From: Eledone cirrhosa
Lineage: Eukaryota
Assembly: GCA_964016885.1 (NCBI GenBank)
Contig: OZ024741.1
Coordinates: 366,730,001 to 366,794,000 of the forward strand
Length of the DNA stretch: 64,000 nt
Reading direction: 5' to 3'
In this document: positions 40,171 through 54,239 of the stretch, piece after piece
Position numbering within the stretch: position 1 is the first letter of the stretch
Layout of the letters: every line of letters starts with the position of its first letter
Position numbers and translations under genes: made by a program
The notes under the pieces: model-generated
What the model was told of the DNA's origin: nothing
Database searches by the model: none
The model's input: only the letters and a program-made list of their open reading frames with translations

Positions 40171-40404
40171 TTGCAACATTTTTTTTATGAAATGTGGAGC
40201 GCATGTGATCAAAAGGAGCTTCAGCGTACCACATATGGATTTTTAGTTTAACTATGAACTACGAGTTATTTATTCTATGTACTGAAAATTGAGTTTCTAT
40301 ATCAGAGTTAGGGAATCTTTTCAATCTGAAGAGTCATTTTAGCTTTTAAAAAATCATTGAGACTATTGATCACAGACTATAACACAAGTTATAATAAATA
40401 ACAA

Positions 40405-40655
40405 TCTACATGTATAAAAACGAAAAGGTCAGTATGCAGGCGATGCATTTCCACAGTTTCCATTCCATCTGATTTTGTTCAAATTTGATACATAGGTTAT
40501 TTAGCTCCCAGAGCATGTCAACATATAACTTAAATCTTACTCTCCCCTAAAATAGAAGAGTTCTGGGGCTATTGAAAGACGGTCATGTTGAGGAGAGAAG
40601 AGGTCTTTATTTACAGTGGCGAAAGGTGTCCGGCAACGACGGGCTCTTTTGCTAG
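40405..40655 (+). mobile_element. Non-autonomous Helitron-like element
   Basis: A|TC...CTAG|T termini; subterminal GC hairpin ccggcaacgacggg. Confidence 0.6.
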
Positions 40656-40689
40656 TACATAATAGAAAACATGAATTTAGTTGACTTCT

Positions 40690-41192
40690 TTTTTATTCAA
40701 TGCAATATTTTACTTTGAATTTTTCTGAAATTTCTTCAGTATTTGTGCCGTAAGTCGTGGCTTTTATATTATTGAAAGATTGTAGATTTATTAAAGTATT
40801 TAATTATTTTTTTTTTAATTCCAGAGAGCCTTAGAAACACTTAAGATAAGCTAAAGAGCCTCGTGCGGTTCCGGAGCCGTTGATTCTTAACCCCTGTTAG
40901 AGATAACAATTGGAGAGATGTAGAGAAATAAGAAATCTCTCGATATGCTGGGGTCACGTTGGATTTAGCTAACATGAATTTCGTTAACATTTTTGTTTTC
41001 TCATTAACTGCAATTTTTGGTTTAAAATCTTATCTGATTTACTTCAATGTGCGGGTCATAGTCGTGGGTTTATTTTTAATACAAGATTGCAGATTTAATA
41101 AAATAAAACAAAACATTTAAGAGTGTCTAAGAGCCACTCAAGTTACGCTAAAGAACCTACTGCGGCTCCAGAAATGTAGGTTTCCGGGCCTT
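40690..41192 (+). mobile_element. Two decayed hAT/Charlie-like MITE ends
   Basis: aaagagcc..tgcggttccggagcc..acccctg at 40853-40895, with a paralogue at 41150-41190. Confidence 0.45.
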
Positions 41193-41196
41193 AATC

Positions 41197-41400
41197 TACA
41201 AGGTGACCACAAAACACTCCTTCATTTCAAATACTTATAATATCAAACGTAAATGAATATTCTTACAATATTGGTGACTACAGTTGCATAAACTAACAAA
41301 GTTTCTTTCTTCATTTGCAAAATTGACTCGATCCGCTAGATGGCAGTGTAATTCAAGATGGCGTTCACTCCACAACAATGTAGCTGGTGTGTTTTTGTGG
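41197..41400 (+). mobile_element. Tc1/mariner 5' end remnant
   Basis: TA-caaggtg terminus, cgctagatggcag motif, then MAFTPQQCSWCV. Confidence 0.45.
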
Positions 41401-42883
41401 TCATTCTGAATATAGAGACGGAATAGCTAAATACATCTTATTGACTCTTCTAGTCGAAATTCAAAATCTGAAATATGAAGGGGTATAGCTTATTACGGTC
41501 AATATTTCTTGAATTATATGGTATTCAGGAGAAAAGGTTTAGAAGTTGTTTGGTAAAACACCACGATGCTACTTTAATGTGAGGTCTACCGCAGTATACG
41601 TAGACTATACTGTGTAATGTCATGATTTATCTACCGAAACCTAAGCTGATGTTTGGATTGTGTGACCTTTCATGGTATGAATTTATTATGTGTTTACTTT
41701 TTTTATTTACATTTTTGATATTAGTGTTTATGGCTCCCTTTATAAAAGGGCAAACACCCAACACTGACATATGTATCTTGACCTCTCTATATAACTGAAC
41801 AATTAACTAACTCCCAGATCAGTATCCTGACCTGTCTATATAATATGGCAATTAACCAACAACCACATCTGCATCCTCTACTAAAGTGGCACCAACTCCA
41901 CGATATCAAATTTCATAAATCTGCCACTGGTTTTATTCCCTATGTTATTGAACATCTTGACTGTGTCTCCGCTGCAGTTTCACTGTTATAAATTCAGGGT
42001 ATGTCTAATTTTTGAGTACATAGAATTTAAAATGCACTTGCTAATATATCGAGTTTATTCTTTCATGAGTTTATGACTCTGTACTTCGGTTTGGATATGA
42101 AGTTTTCTTTATGTTCCTTTAATGTAATATAAGTTTTTTACGTTCTTCTATATTTAATTAGGATTTTAATGTTTTCGTTTTGCTGTTTATTATGTGTTTG
42201 GAATTTGCTTGTATGCTTTTGTGATGCAATCGCCTACCACAAACATACAATATTAAATTTGCCTATTGCTTTTGCTGATACCAAAACATACACAGTTGTA
42301 AACGGTGATAGGAGTTTTACTTCATCGATAGATGGCGAGTTGCCAAGAGTAGATGTTTAACTGCAGCCGATATTTTTCAATATATCTACAGTGTTGTTTT
42401 CATGCGAGTTCCGAACGATAATTATTTCAAATTTACTTAACCTTTTTGAGTCCTGATCACATAAAACCGCTCCTGATTAATATATGTGAGAACCTTTGTG
42501 GAAAGTTAGTTACATTACTAAAACCCTTCAAATTCTTGATTATTTTAAAAGTTATTTGAAAATCGTAAGCTGTGTCTTTCATTTGAAATGCTGTAACGAA
42601 AAGATTAAGTCTGTTACTTCAAGAACAGAGTCTCAGTTACTTGTACATGAGTCGGCGTTCACCAAGGATGTGTTGAGCCCGAAACAACCAATGAATTCAC
42701 AACATCGGGAACAGAGGTCACTTATGCATGATGATCGCCGGCGTCCAATGGCGAGTTGCCAAGAGTAGATGTTTAACTGCAGTCATGATTCCAACGTCAT
42801 GATTCCAACGTCGAAAATAGCTGCGTCTGTGATGACATGGTTGATTAAATAGCTGGAATCTATTTTATCAAGTCCATAATAAT

Positions 42884-43305
42884 GGTTTCTTATTTAGGCA
42901 CAAGACCAGCATATTTGGGGGGAGGGGGAAGCCGATCAAATCGACCCTAGTGCATGACTGGTACTTTATTTTATCGACCCCGTAAGGATGAAAGGCAAAG
43001 TTAACCTCGGCGGGATTTGATCTCAGATCATAAAGGGCTGTAACTCTATGCTGCAAAGCATGGAGTCCGACACTCTACTGATACTGCCAATCCACCGCCC
43101 TTATCAAGTCCATAATAATTGTTTCTACTATTGGCACAAGGCCAGCAATTATCCCAGTGCATTACTGGTACTTTATTTTATCGACCCCTGTAAGGATGAA
43201 AGGCAAAGTTAACCTCGGCGGGATTTGAACTCCGAATGGCAAGGGCCGTAACTCTATGCGTCAAAGCATGGCGTCCGACCCTCTACCGATACTGCCAATT
43301 CACCG
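42884..43305 (-). mobile_element. Two tandem SINEs with nested TSDs
   Basis: ttatcaagtccataataat at 42865-83 and 43101-19; gtccataataat again at 43306-17. Confidence 0.88.
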
Positions 43306-43684
43306 TCCATAATAATGAAAGGGTTAGTCGACCGTGATGATATATTAAACTGAGATCATCATAACGAGCTATACTGTATATACTCGTGTAAAAGTCGACC
43401 TATTAATTTTCGCCAAAATAATTTTAATATTTCAATGTATATCACATAAAAGTCGTTCCTAGTTCTTTACAACATTTGTAAATCAAGATATTATCCTAAA
43501 CATAAATGTTACGATGAGAAAGCGAATTTTACTACACTATTATGTTCTGTTGTAATATTTATAATAGCTACATAAGCATATTTATGAGTTATTTATGTGT
43601 TGTTTGGGGATGGGGGGGGGGGGGTCAGTGGGAATAGGAAATGTGTTTTGATTTGTAGAAACATCGATATTAATCCCTGAAATT

Positions 43685-43847
43685 TATTGGCAGTATCGGT
43701 AGAACGTCGGACCATATGCTTTTCAGCATAGAGATATGGCCCTTTACGTTCTGGGTTCAAATGCTGCCGAGGTTAGCTTTGCCTTTCATCCTTACGGGCT
43801 CGATAAATAAAGCACCAGCGATGCACTGGGGGTCGATTTAATCAACT
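43685..43847 (+). mobile_element. tRNA-derived SINE
   Basis: A/B boxes and core. Confidence 0.8.
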
Positions 43848-44280
43848 TCGGAGACAGGATGAAGAAAGGAAGTTATCCTCACACCGGAAACAGAGCCAGA
43901 ATATTTGCAACAAATACACCCAAGGTTTATATGGTTAGGGTAAACATGTTGATGAATTAAGTTTACCACTATAGAAGAGGAACAATCTCTACCAACGCGC
44001 TTCTACGAAGTTACAATCTACCAAATTTCCTTCACATGCCTTTGAAGCTGTGTTAAAAAGATTCGAATGAACTTCGTAACTACATAACCATGCCCTTGCA
44101 CACATTGTAATAAAAAATTGGATCATTTGTTTGGACCAAGGAAATAATGTTTCCATTGGTCTTTCCTTTCCTGATGCTAATTGCCAGTGTTACATCCTTG
44201 CAGAAGGAGGCCGCAATTGAACCCAGAAAGTGAACAGAGTCAGATTAGACACTGCAAAGCATCATGTCCAACGCATAAAC

Positions 44281-44745
44281 TTCTTCTTCTTCTTCTTCTT
44301 CACCCACTTATTCCTGAGAGGATCGTGGAAGCAGAGACCTCAAACACTCCTTCCAGCGGGTCCTGTCAGAAGGAACTTTCTCCAGTTTATTAGGTTAGCT
44401 CCCCAAGCGAGACTAGCCGAGTTCATAGATGTTATCCAACTATCTTGCTCGAGGTCTGCCCATGGGTCTCCTGCCGGTTGGTTTTGCCCATAAAATCTGT
44501 CCAGCGATTCTTTCCTGAGACATTCTAACCACATGTCCGTGGCTAGAATGTAATCTCTCAATTCAGAGAAGTAGCGGCTCTACCTGGAGTGTCTCTCTGA
44601 TCTCTGTGAATATTTGGTCGGATGTGCTGCGTCTAGGGTGAAAACCACATTGTTCATCAGCTAGCTTGGACTCGACAGACTCCCTATTTGCCAGACAATA
44701 GCATGGACTTTACCGGGGAGTCATGACAAGGAGAGCCATTTATAA
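44281..44745 (-). mobile_element. RTE LINE, internally deleted, with (GAA)n tail
   Basis: LPGKV..VESKLADEQCGFHPRRSTSDQIFT is joined directly to the 3' region GHVVRM..RPMGRPR. Confidence 0.75.
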
Positions 44746-45941
44746 TTGGAGCAATCTTTCTTGTTTCCCTTTTTGAAACGATTCTGCTAATTGCTCCTGG
44801 AATGGTTCTTTATTTCTTGACTCCGAAAGATAAAGTTGGCTTCGGCGGGATTTGAACTCAGAGCAAAGAGAATCGAAAGGTGCTGCCCGAGAACAAATAT
44901 CGAAAGGTGCCGCTCGGTCCAAGAATTGAACCTATGATCTTATTATCCTAAGCCCAACACCCGAACCATTAATGCAAGTGCCTTCACAATAATAGTAAAC
45001 GTTGGGAAAAAAGGGCTCGAAGACATTTTAATAAAAAAATATTTAAAATAAAAATTAAAAGAAATTAGTGCAATACAAAATATCCAGTAGTAAAAAAAAA
45101 ACTGTATAATATACATGACAATAAAGAAATTAAAAAAAGAGAAAGGAAAACAAAGAAAAGAGTAAGAAAAGGGAGTCTTGATAAAATCAATGGAATTTGT
45201 GTTTCCGAGTTTTGCCTATAAGTATGTGTATATGTGGGTGTGGAGGAGACACAAACAGACAGAGAAACTACCTGTGCATTGATAATGGCCGAGTCGACTT
45301 TGATTATTAAGCTAAACCATGGTATAGATTTAATACTATGGTAATTAAATATTAATATACATTTATACATTAGAGTTTAATGATTAGACTATATACTCTA
45401 CACATGTTCCTTGCATATGTGTGAATATTGAACGATTTAATGTTTGTGCACATAGAACGATATATATGAGTGTGTGTGTGTGTGTGTGCATATATGTGTG
45501 TGTGTGTGTATGCATATATATATATGTGTGTGTGTATGTGTGGGGGGGGGGGTATATATATATATGCCCTAAGGACAGACACTGGTCTGTTGGAGATGCA
45601 GGATATGGCAGCGATAATGAGGGACAGAGACCGCTGGAGAGAACTCGTCCATGGATCTCGGGAATTTTACCCGCCTTAGATAGATATATATATATAATTA
45701 GGATTTTATTTCTCGTACTAGCACAGCTGATACATAAATGTAAGTATGCACACGTACACACATATTTATATACACACACATATATGTATATATACATACA
45801 CACACATATACATAGGTACGTATGGGTTATATCGAACATTAATAATAATGTTCGATTCGGTTGTAAACAAACGTCCCGATTTCAAGCTGTGTCGTGCCGA
45901 TGACCGACCGTCACCTGTTTGTTCAACACTGGTTTTGAGGA

Positions 45942-45984
45942 ACAATCAACATGTTTCTGGGTCATTACCCTTCATCAGGATTGT
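45942..45984 (-). ncRNA. Minimal type I hammerhead motif in PLE pLTR remnant (45825-46070)
   Basis: acaatc-CTGATGA-a-gggt/accc-a-GAAA-catg-TT-gattgt; 6-bp stem I, palindromic stem III. Confidence 0.7.
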
Positions 45985-46072
45985 ATACCTCTGCCAGTTT
46001 GTTGAACGGTTGAAAATATATAGTATTTTTTTAAGTACACATCGGCTATCCGAAGACGGCTCGATAAAGATA

Positions 46073-46130
<58 letters not shown>

Positions 46131-46211
46131 GGTAGACAGAAATAACAACACAATCAGTACAGTATATGGAAGGGATATATTAGGTTAACGCTTGATATAG
46201 CAGGAAGAGAG

Positions 46212-46247
46212 TCTTAACGTTTCGGACGCTAGTCCTTCACCAGAAGA
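46212..46247 (-). ncRNA. Minimal Penelope-type hammerhead with mutated core
   Basis: tctt-CTGGTGA-a-ggac/gtcc-GAAACGTT-aaga; relative at 58789-58824 (+). Confidence 0.55.
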
Positions 46248-46511
46248 AAGAATGAGAAATAAGATAGATTGAGGGGACAGGTGGGTTGGAATTGGAAAAA
46301 ATGTCTTTAGATAAAAATAACAGGTCCATTCATGTTGACATCTCTTGCAAAACTGTTAGTGGTGGCGTTTTGTGTATGATTTATTTTTTAGAATAGTAGA
46401 TGATGGAGCGCGTCTACCTGAAATGGGAAAAAAACGGTTTTGTAAAAAGAGCTATACTTTGCACGTGCGTAAGCATGTGTGTGTGTGTGTTATTATTATT
46501 ATATATATATA

Positions 46512-46690
46512 GGGTGGGGGATTGGCAGTATCAGTAGAAGGGTGACGCCATGGTTGTAGCATAGAGTTACGCCCCTTTATGGTGTAAGTTCAAATCTCGC
46601 CGAGGTTCACTTTGCCTTTCATCCTTACGGGGTCGATAAAATAAAGTACCAGTAATGTACTGGTAAATTGCTAGCCTTGTGCCAAAAGTA
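46512..46690 (+). mobile_element. tRNA-derived SINE
   Basis: A/B boxes and core. Confidence 0.8.
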
Positions 46691-46818
46691 TATATATATA
46701 TATATATATATAAACCCGTAGAGCAAATATTTATTATAAGAACAGATGAAAGTTTAAGCAAAGAATCGTTGCTTTCATCCTTTCTTTGCTTAAACTTTCA
46801 TCTGATCTTATAATAAAG

Positions 46819-47482
<664 letters not shown>

Positions 47483-47732
47483 ATCTTGCGGCTGGCCGTA
47501 GCCACACGAACCTGTAACAGATCCTAAACAATCAATGCTTGTGCTTTGAAGGTTTTTTAAGTGGGGAAAGGCCTTGCACCCGACCAATCCAACTCTCCGA
47601 GCATCCAAAACTGAGAACTGGCCAACATCATCAGATACATACATACATACATACATACATACATACATACATACATACATACATACATACATACATACAT
47701 ACATACATACATACATACATACATACATACAT

Positions 47733-48400
47733 AAAAAAGATAGCCCCGATAATAAACACATTAAAAGCTACAACAATGTGGAAGACATCCATGTACATAA
47801 TATGAAAGAGTACTGGTGGAATGTTCCAGTAAAAACCCCCAATAAAATGCAGGCATAACAGACCAGATATTATGATATGGGACAGGGAGAAGAAAAGATA
47901 CACAGTAGTGGAAATTAGCTGCCCAGCAGATGCCAATATAATATCAAAGATTAGTGAAAAGGAGAATATTTATGCAGAACTGATGAGAAATCTGCAGATA
48001 TGCCACACTGATTACACCTTCAGATTTATGCCTGTGATTATTGGGGATTACTGGAGTATGTTAGTAACTGCCTCAATACAAATCTTGAGAGGCTAGGCTT
48101 CGCGGGAACAGAAAGAACACAACTAGTTATGAAATTACAAGTACAATCCATTAATGGACCAGTAAAAATATGTAAAACATTCCAAAAGTGTTGCATCTAA
48201 TAACTGCATATACACATGTACAGATACAAAGCATATACACATCCACACATACAATAACATCCATATCTACACATGCATGCATACATACATATCTACCTAG
48301 TTGATGTTGTGTAAATTCCAATGAGAGACTCTTGTGTCTATGTTAGAAACCGACTCTCTCTCTATTGGAAAAAATTTGTGAAATTATAAAACCAGAAGAA
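47733..48400 (+). mobile_element. 5'-truncated R4/Dong LINE in (TACA)n
   Basis: Near-identical to 51905-52606; RPDIMIWD..VVEISCP (RLE); (TACA)n on both sides. Confidence 0.9.
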
Positions 48401-48405
48401 CATAC

Positions 48406-48436
<31 letters not shown>

Positions 48437-48502
48437 CATACATACATACATACATACATACATACATACATACATACATACATACATACATACATTACAT
48501 AC

Positions 48503-51500
48503 AAAGACAGTCAACGCGATCAGTGGCATATTTTGGCGTGGGAGACTATTTATTAAATTTAAGATGAATACTATCTCCGACAGTAATGCCATAACTACAG
48601 TCAGGTTGAATAACTGGTTATTCTTCTAACTATCCCTTCTGAAGACACCTTTTATTCGAATTCGTAGAGATATCCGACTAAATACATAATTCATTTTACA
48701 AGGATTTGCTACAAACAGCATGGCTGAACACAACATCAACAAAAAATTAAGGAAGTATCGAAGACAACTAACAAGGAAGGTAATCAAACTTTATTCAGTT
48801 GTAGCTACAGAAGAGACCGAAATTATAAATCCCATTTCTCTTGGAGTTGCGAACTTAATAATGATTTATTTAATTGTTATAAAATGGCAAAAAAACAATC
48901 CCTCCATTGGCTATAAGAATAGAATGAAGCTACACTGGGACGAAATGCACCCAGGGCTAAATTATTTCACAGCGAAACAATTACGCCAACAAGCGACGTT
49001 TCTTGAACGTAAAAAATAAGATAAATATTATTAATTGTAAGTCCCCAACAACAAACATGTTATCAACAACACGTGCTACAGGTCGCCATGCTACTAGACT
49101 TCCTAGCAGCCAGGTCGAACAGCGCCTTGAAACAACTATGCCTGTAAGAAACTTGACACCACCTGTACCATCTAAGTCTACCTCGAATGCTGGGGAAAAC
49201 ACTATCGATAATAATAATAATCGAATAAATGTGACACCACGTGTACCATCCGAGTCTACCTCGACTGCTGTGGAAAATACTATCGATAATGACAATCAAA
49301 AGTATAAACAATTGAAAATTTCCCTCAACGAAATCTTCCAGAGAAAAATTAACTCATGTATAAATATTTCTCTTGCTGAACGTGTTAAAACGACAATGGT
49401 GAATAAAAAAACAAATAATGAAATACTACGTGTTATTGACGAAATAGGGGATGAATATTTACGACGGATAAAACCCCAACATTTTGGTAAATCAACGCCT
49501 GTTTATATGCCCTAGCAACGACAGTGAAGCATTATCTTGGTGATAGCAGAGATATTAACAAGAACAAAAATACCATCATATATAACTAAAATAGAAAAAA
49601 AGATTGCTGACCTACGAAAAAACATAGGACATGTGACAATGCTCCTTACATGCAAACAAACACCAAAAAACCTCACTCCTCACCAACAAAGAGTGAAAAA
49701 TAAAATAGAGACGATGTTTGGTAACAGTAGAACCAGAACTCTCCAATATAAGCTGATCACCCTCAAACAAGAATTGAGAGCTGTTAGCTAAAAACGCCGA
49801 TACCTGAAGAAGGTAGATGAGAGAAAAGTGCTTAATAACAGATTCAGACGAAACCAAACATCAGTCTATAGAGATATGAAGGGCAAAATAATAAGTGTCA
49901 CTGAGGCCCCATCCCAGAAAGACATAGATTCCTTTTGGAGAAAAATATGGGATGAAAAGAAGAATTTCAACCAAGATGCAGTGTGGCTAAGAGAAATCCG
50001 AAAGAACTATTGCTCCTACACTACAACAAAAACATACGAAATAAGTGAGGGTACCCTTGAGACTGTGATAGGAAAACTCCAAGATAAGAAAACACCAGGA
50101 AGAGACATAATTGTCGGCTACTGGTACAAAAAACTAATATTCTATCGGAGGTATCTTACTGACTTCTACCAACAAGTTCTTAAGGGAGATACACTTATAC
50201 CAGAATGGTTGACATTAGCACAAACGTTACTGGTCCCCAAGAACAAAGACACCCACTTGGCAAAAAACTACCGACCCATTGCATGCCAGAACCTGATGTA
50301 TAAGATGTATACAGCCTGCCTGAACCTATTCCTCCAAGATCACTGTGAAAATAATAACATCATCACAGATGAACAAACAGCTGGAAAGAAAGGGGTTTGG
50401 GGATGTGCTGAACAACTCCTAATCAACAAAACTGCAATGTCGGAGGTGCGACAACTTAGGAGGAATATGACTACAGTTTGGATGGACTACAGGAAAGCTT
50501 TCGATTCTGTTCCCCACTCTTGGATGATAGAGGCCCTCCAACTTGCTAAAGTCCCAGACATTATTGTCAGAGCCATAGAGAGGCTGTCTTCTTCTTGGGC
50601 TACTATCCTAAGGTTAAAGACAGAGAGGGAGGACTCTATTTTCACTGATAAAATAAAATATTGCAGGGGTATATTTCAGAGGGACAGTCTCTCTGTGATA
50701 TTATTCATCTTGTCATTAAGCCCCTTGTGTTTTTTGCTCAAGAAATGTGAAGGATACATCATTGGCTCACAGGAGGACAGAAATACGAACCTAACCCATA
50801 ATTTCTTTGTGGACGATCTGAAACTCTATGCCAAGAACATGGATGGGATGAAAAAAATTCTTGACCTGGTTACAACGTTCTCAAAGGATATAGGAATGGA
50901 GTTTGGCCAAGATAAATGCTCATACATGACTGTAAAGCGGGGAAAAACAACCCAATCTAGCAACATTGTCATCAATGGCCTAACTGTTTCACCGATATCT
51001 GATGAGAACTGCTACAGATACCTGGGGATAGATGAGAACATATCCTATAATGGTATCTGTAATAAAGAACGCATAACCAGGAAATACTACACCCGATCAA
51101 GAAAGATCTGGTCATCGGAACTCTCTGCGCAAAACAAAATAGTGTCTCACAATGTGTTTGCTGTGCCTGTCCTAACACCAACGTTTGGAATACTCAATTG
51201 GACGATAGACGAAATCCGAGCAGTTGATGTTGGAACTCGAAAAATACTGAACAACACCGGAAACTTCCACATCAACAGTGACAGACCGCTTTTACTTGAA
51301 ACGTAAGCAGGGAGGCAGAGGCCTAACATCAGTCCAAGCAACATTTGAATGTCGCATCATATCTCTCCGACAACATCTACGAACCTCGAAGCGTAGGAGC
51401 CCGTTTCTCGAGCAAGTCTATCTGCATGAAACAGATCAGATCATGAGAGTTGGGAAGGAACTCCTTGAGAGATATTCCCTGTGTGATAATCAAAAACTTA

Positions 51501-52606
51501 CACCCAGGGATGTCGCTCAGCAGTATCGCAGTGAATCCATGGATGAAAAACTGCATGCCTATCAGCAAAAAGTCATGCATGGATATGTTGCCAGGAAGCT
51601 CCAGAGTGAGAGTAATATAGATATGGAAAGTAGTCTATCTTGGACCAACAACCGCTATATTGGCTCCCACTTTGAAGGATACGCTTTTGCAATCCAGGAA
51701 AAGGAGATTAGCACGAAATACCTGATTCACAAAAGAGATAGGGATACAGGCAAAACACCTAGATGTGATAACAAGTGCAGACTTTGCAGAACTAACATCG
51801 AGGATATCACCCATGTCATCAGCAGCTGTCCAAAGATGTTATCGCGGTACTATCTACCTATGAGGCATAATGTAGTGGCCAAAACACTGTACAATGCAGT
51901 TCGTAAAAAAGAAAGCCCCGATAATAAACACATTAAAAGCTACAACAATGTGGAAGACATCCATGTACATAATATGAAAGAGTACTGGTGGAATGTTCCA
52001 GTAAAAACCCCCAATAAAATGCAGGCATAACAGACCAGATATTATGATATGGGACAGGGAGAAGAAAACATGCATAGTAGTGGAAATTAGCTGCCCAGCA
52101 GATGCCAATATAATATCAAAGATTAGTGAAAAGGAGAATATTTATGCAGAACTGATGAGAAATCTGCAGATATTCCACCCTGATTACACCTTCAGATTTA
52201 TGCCTGTGATTATTGGGGATTACTGGGATATGTTAGTAACTGCCTCAATACAAATCTTGAGAAGCTAGGCTTCACAGGAACAGAAAGAACACAACTAGTG
52301 AGGAAATTACAAGTACAATCCATTAATGGAACAGTAAAAATATGTAAAACATTCCAAACATTTTGCGTCTAATAACTGCATATACACATGTACAGATACT
52401 AAGCATATACATATGCACACATTCAACTCAAAACATCCACATCCACACATACAATAACATCCATACCTGCACATACATGCATGCAGACATGCATAGATAT
52501 CTACCTAGTTGATGTTGTGTAAATTCCAATGAGAGAGTCTTGTGTCTGTTAGAAACCGACTCTCTCTCTATTGGTAAAACTTTGTGAAATTATAAAACCA
52601 GAAGAA
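48503..52606 (+). mobile_element. Near full-length R4/Dong-clade non-LTR retrotransposon (RT + CCHC + restriction-like endonuclease), disrupted
   Basis: YRPIAC, WMDYRKAFDSVPH, GIFQRDSLS, FVDDLKLY, YRYLG, GGRGL, CRLC..EDITHVISSC, RHN, RPDI..VEISCP; (TACA)n at 48401-48502 and 52607-52688. Confidence 0.92.
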
Positions 52607-52689
52607 CATACATACATACATACATACATACATACATACATACATACATACATACATACATACATACATACATACATACATACATACAT

Positions 52690-53125
52690 GTTGGCTGCCA
52701 ACTCGTTTTCGAGTACGGCCACTACTTTATAACCATGTAGGAGAACCCCTACCGATGCGCTGAACAAGTGTGACTTTTTAGTCCAGCCAACGACTTGAAA
52801 ACTCTGGTACAAACACTACACTTGTGACAATTATTGACACATAGTGCTGGGCCCATGGTACCATGTGACGACAAGTGCAGAGAGATCTCCAGATATAAAG
52901 CAATGCCTGTGCCGTGAAGCTTTTATAATGAGCAAAGGCACTGCACAAAGCCAGTCCCACTCTCGTAACCAAGATGATATTTACCAAAAAGAAGAACAAG
53001 TCAACATCATTGGATACCATCAGGGTTGCAGGTGTTATTTCAGAGTTTTCCTTCTCCTTTGCAAGATTCGTAATGAGAAGAGCGTTGAAATAAAGTGCTT
53101 TGGGAGCATAATGTTGCCAATAAAA
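52690..53125 (-). mobile_element. RTE LINE 3' end with zinc finger
   Basis: Minus strand HKCSVCTRVFKSLAGLKSH; tail similar to 9155-9190. Confidence 0.6.
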
Positions 53126-53699
53126 CACACTTATACACATTCATACATATCTATTTATGTGTATGCATGTGTGTGTTAGCTTATATTACATCATAGGTTT
53201 TTGTTGTTATTTAGCTCCGAGTCAGCCCTAGTCATGCAGATCTGTGATTACCAACACTCCAACTGCAATTATCCCGCGTTTAACGTGTTGTACATCTAAT
53301 TTAAGACTTGCCTGCTTTTTCTAGCAGGCCAACTCACCGCGTGGAGGCTTTATCATAGATTCATGTCTACGTTTGCGTGTAATTTGAGGAGGATTACAGA
53401 ATTCATTTTGAACATTATGGCAAGGGAAGTAACTCACCATATCAAAGGTAGTGAATTATAGGGGAGGTAACTTTCACATCCACAGTATAGTTTGAACAAT
53501 TATATTTTTTATTTTAAAATATTTAATAGAAATCTAATTTGGGACGAATTCTCGAAAATTAAATAAATTTGTGAGTTTTATATCGAATAATAATAATATT
53601 AGCAATCAGCCTCATTATGCTATGTTATTTAGATGACCGGATGGTGATGGTCATCTAAAAACATAGAGTAGTAAGGTTGTTTGCTGGCAACGAATCGAA

Positions 53700-54210
53700 T
53701 ATCATCCTTACGGGGTCGATAAAATAAAGTACCAGTAATGTACTGGGATAATTGCTGGCCTTGTGCCAAATGTAGAAACAATTATTATTCCATATAAAAG
53801 GGCGGTGGATTGGCAGTGTCGGTTGAGAGTCGGACGCCATGCTTTGCAGCATAGAGTTACGGCCCTTTATGATCTGAGTTCAAATCCCGCCGAGGTTAAC
53901 TTTGCCTTTCATCCTTACAGGGTCGATAAAATAAAGTAGCAGTCACGCACTGGGATCGATTTAATCGACTTTCCCCTCCCCCAAAATTGCTAGCTTTGTG
54001 CCTATACTAGAAACCATTATTATTCCATATTAAAGGGCGGTGGATTGGCAGTATCTGTAGAGAGTCAGACACCATGCTTTGCAGCATAGAGTTACGGTCC
54101 TTTACGGTCTGAGTTCAAAACCCGCCAAGGTTAACTTTTCCTTTCACCCTTACGGGGTCGATAAAATAAAGTACCAGTCACGCACTGGGGTCGATTTAAT
54201 CGACTCCCCC
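53700..54210 (+). mobile_element. Three tandem SINEs
   Basis: Units at ~53700 (partial), 53798 and 54033, separated by attattattccatat. Confidence 0.88.
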
Positions 54211-54239
54211 CACCTCACTCCACCCCACCCCACATAGTT

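Noticed and set aside
40100-40177. PolyQ/polyL coding exon
   Set aside because: A (CTG/TTG)n tract with no recognisable flanking coding sequence or splice context.
44640-44740. Ribozyme (CTGATGA / GTCCAAGC on the minus strand)
   Set aside because: The sequence is RT coding (VESKLADEQCGF), and no GAAA or stems fit.
48503-48625. HDV-like ribozyme at the Dong 5' end
   Set aside because: Hairpins are present, but I could not fit the nested double pseudoknot by eye.
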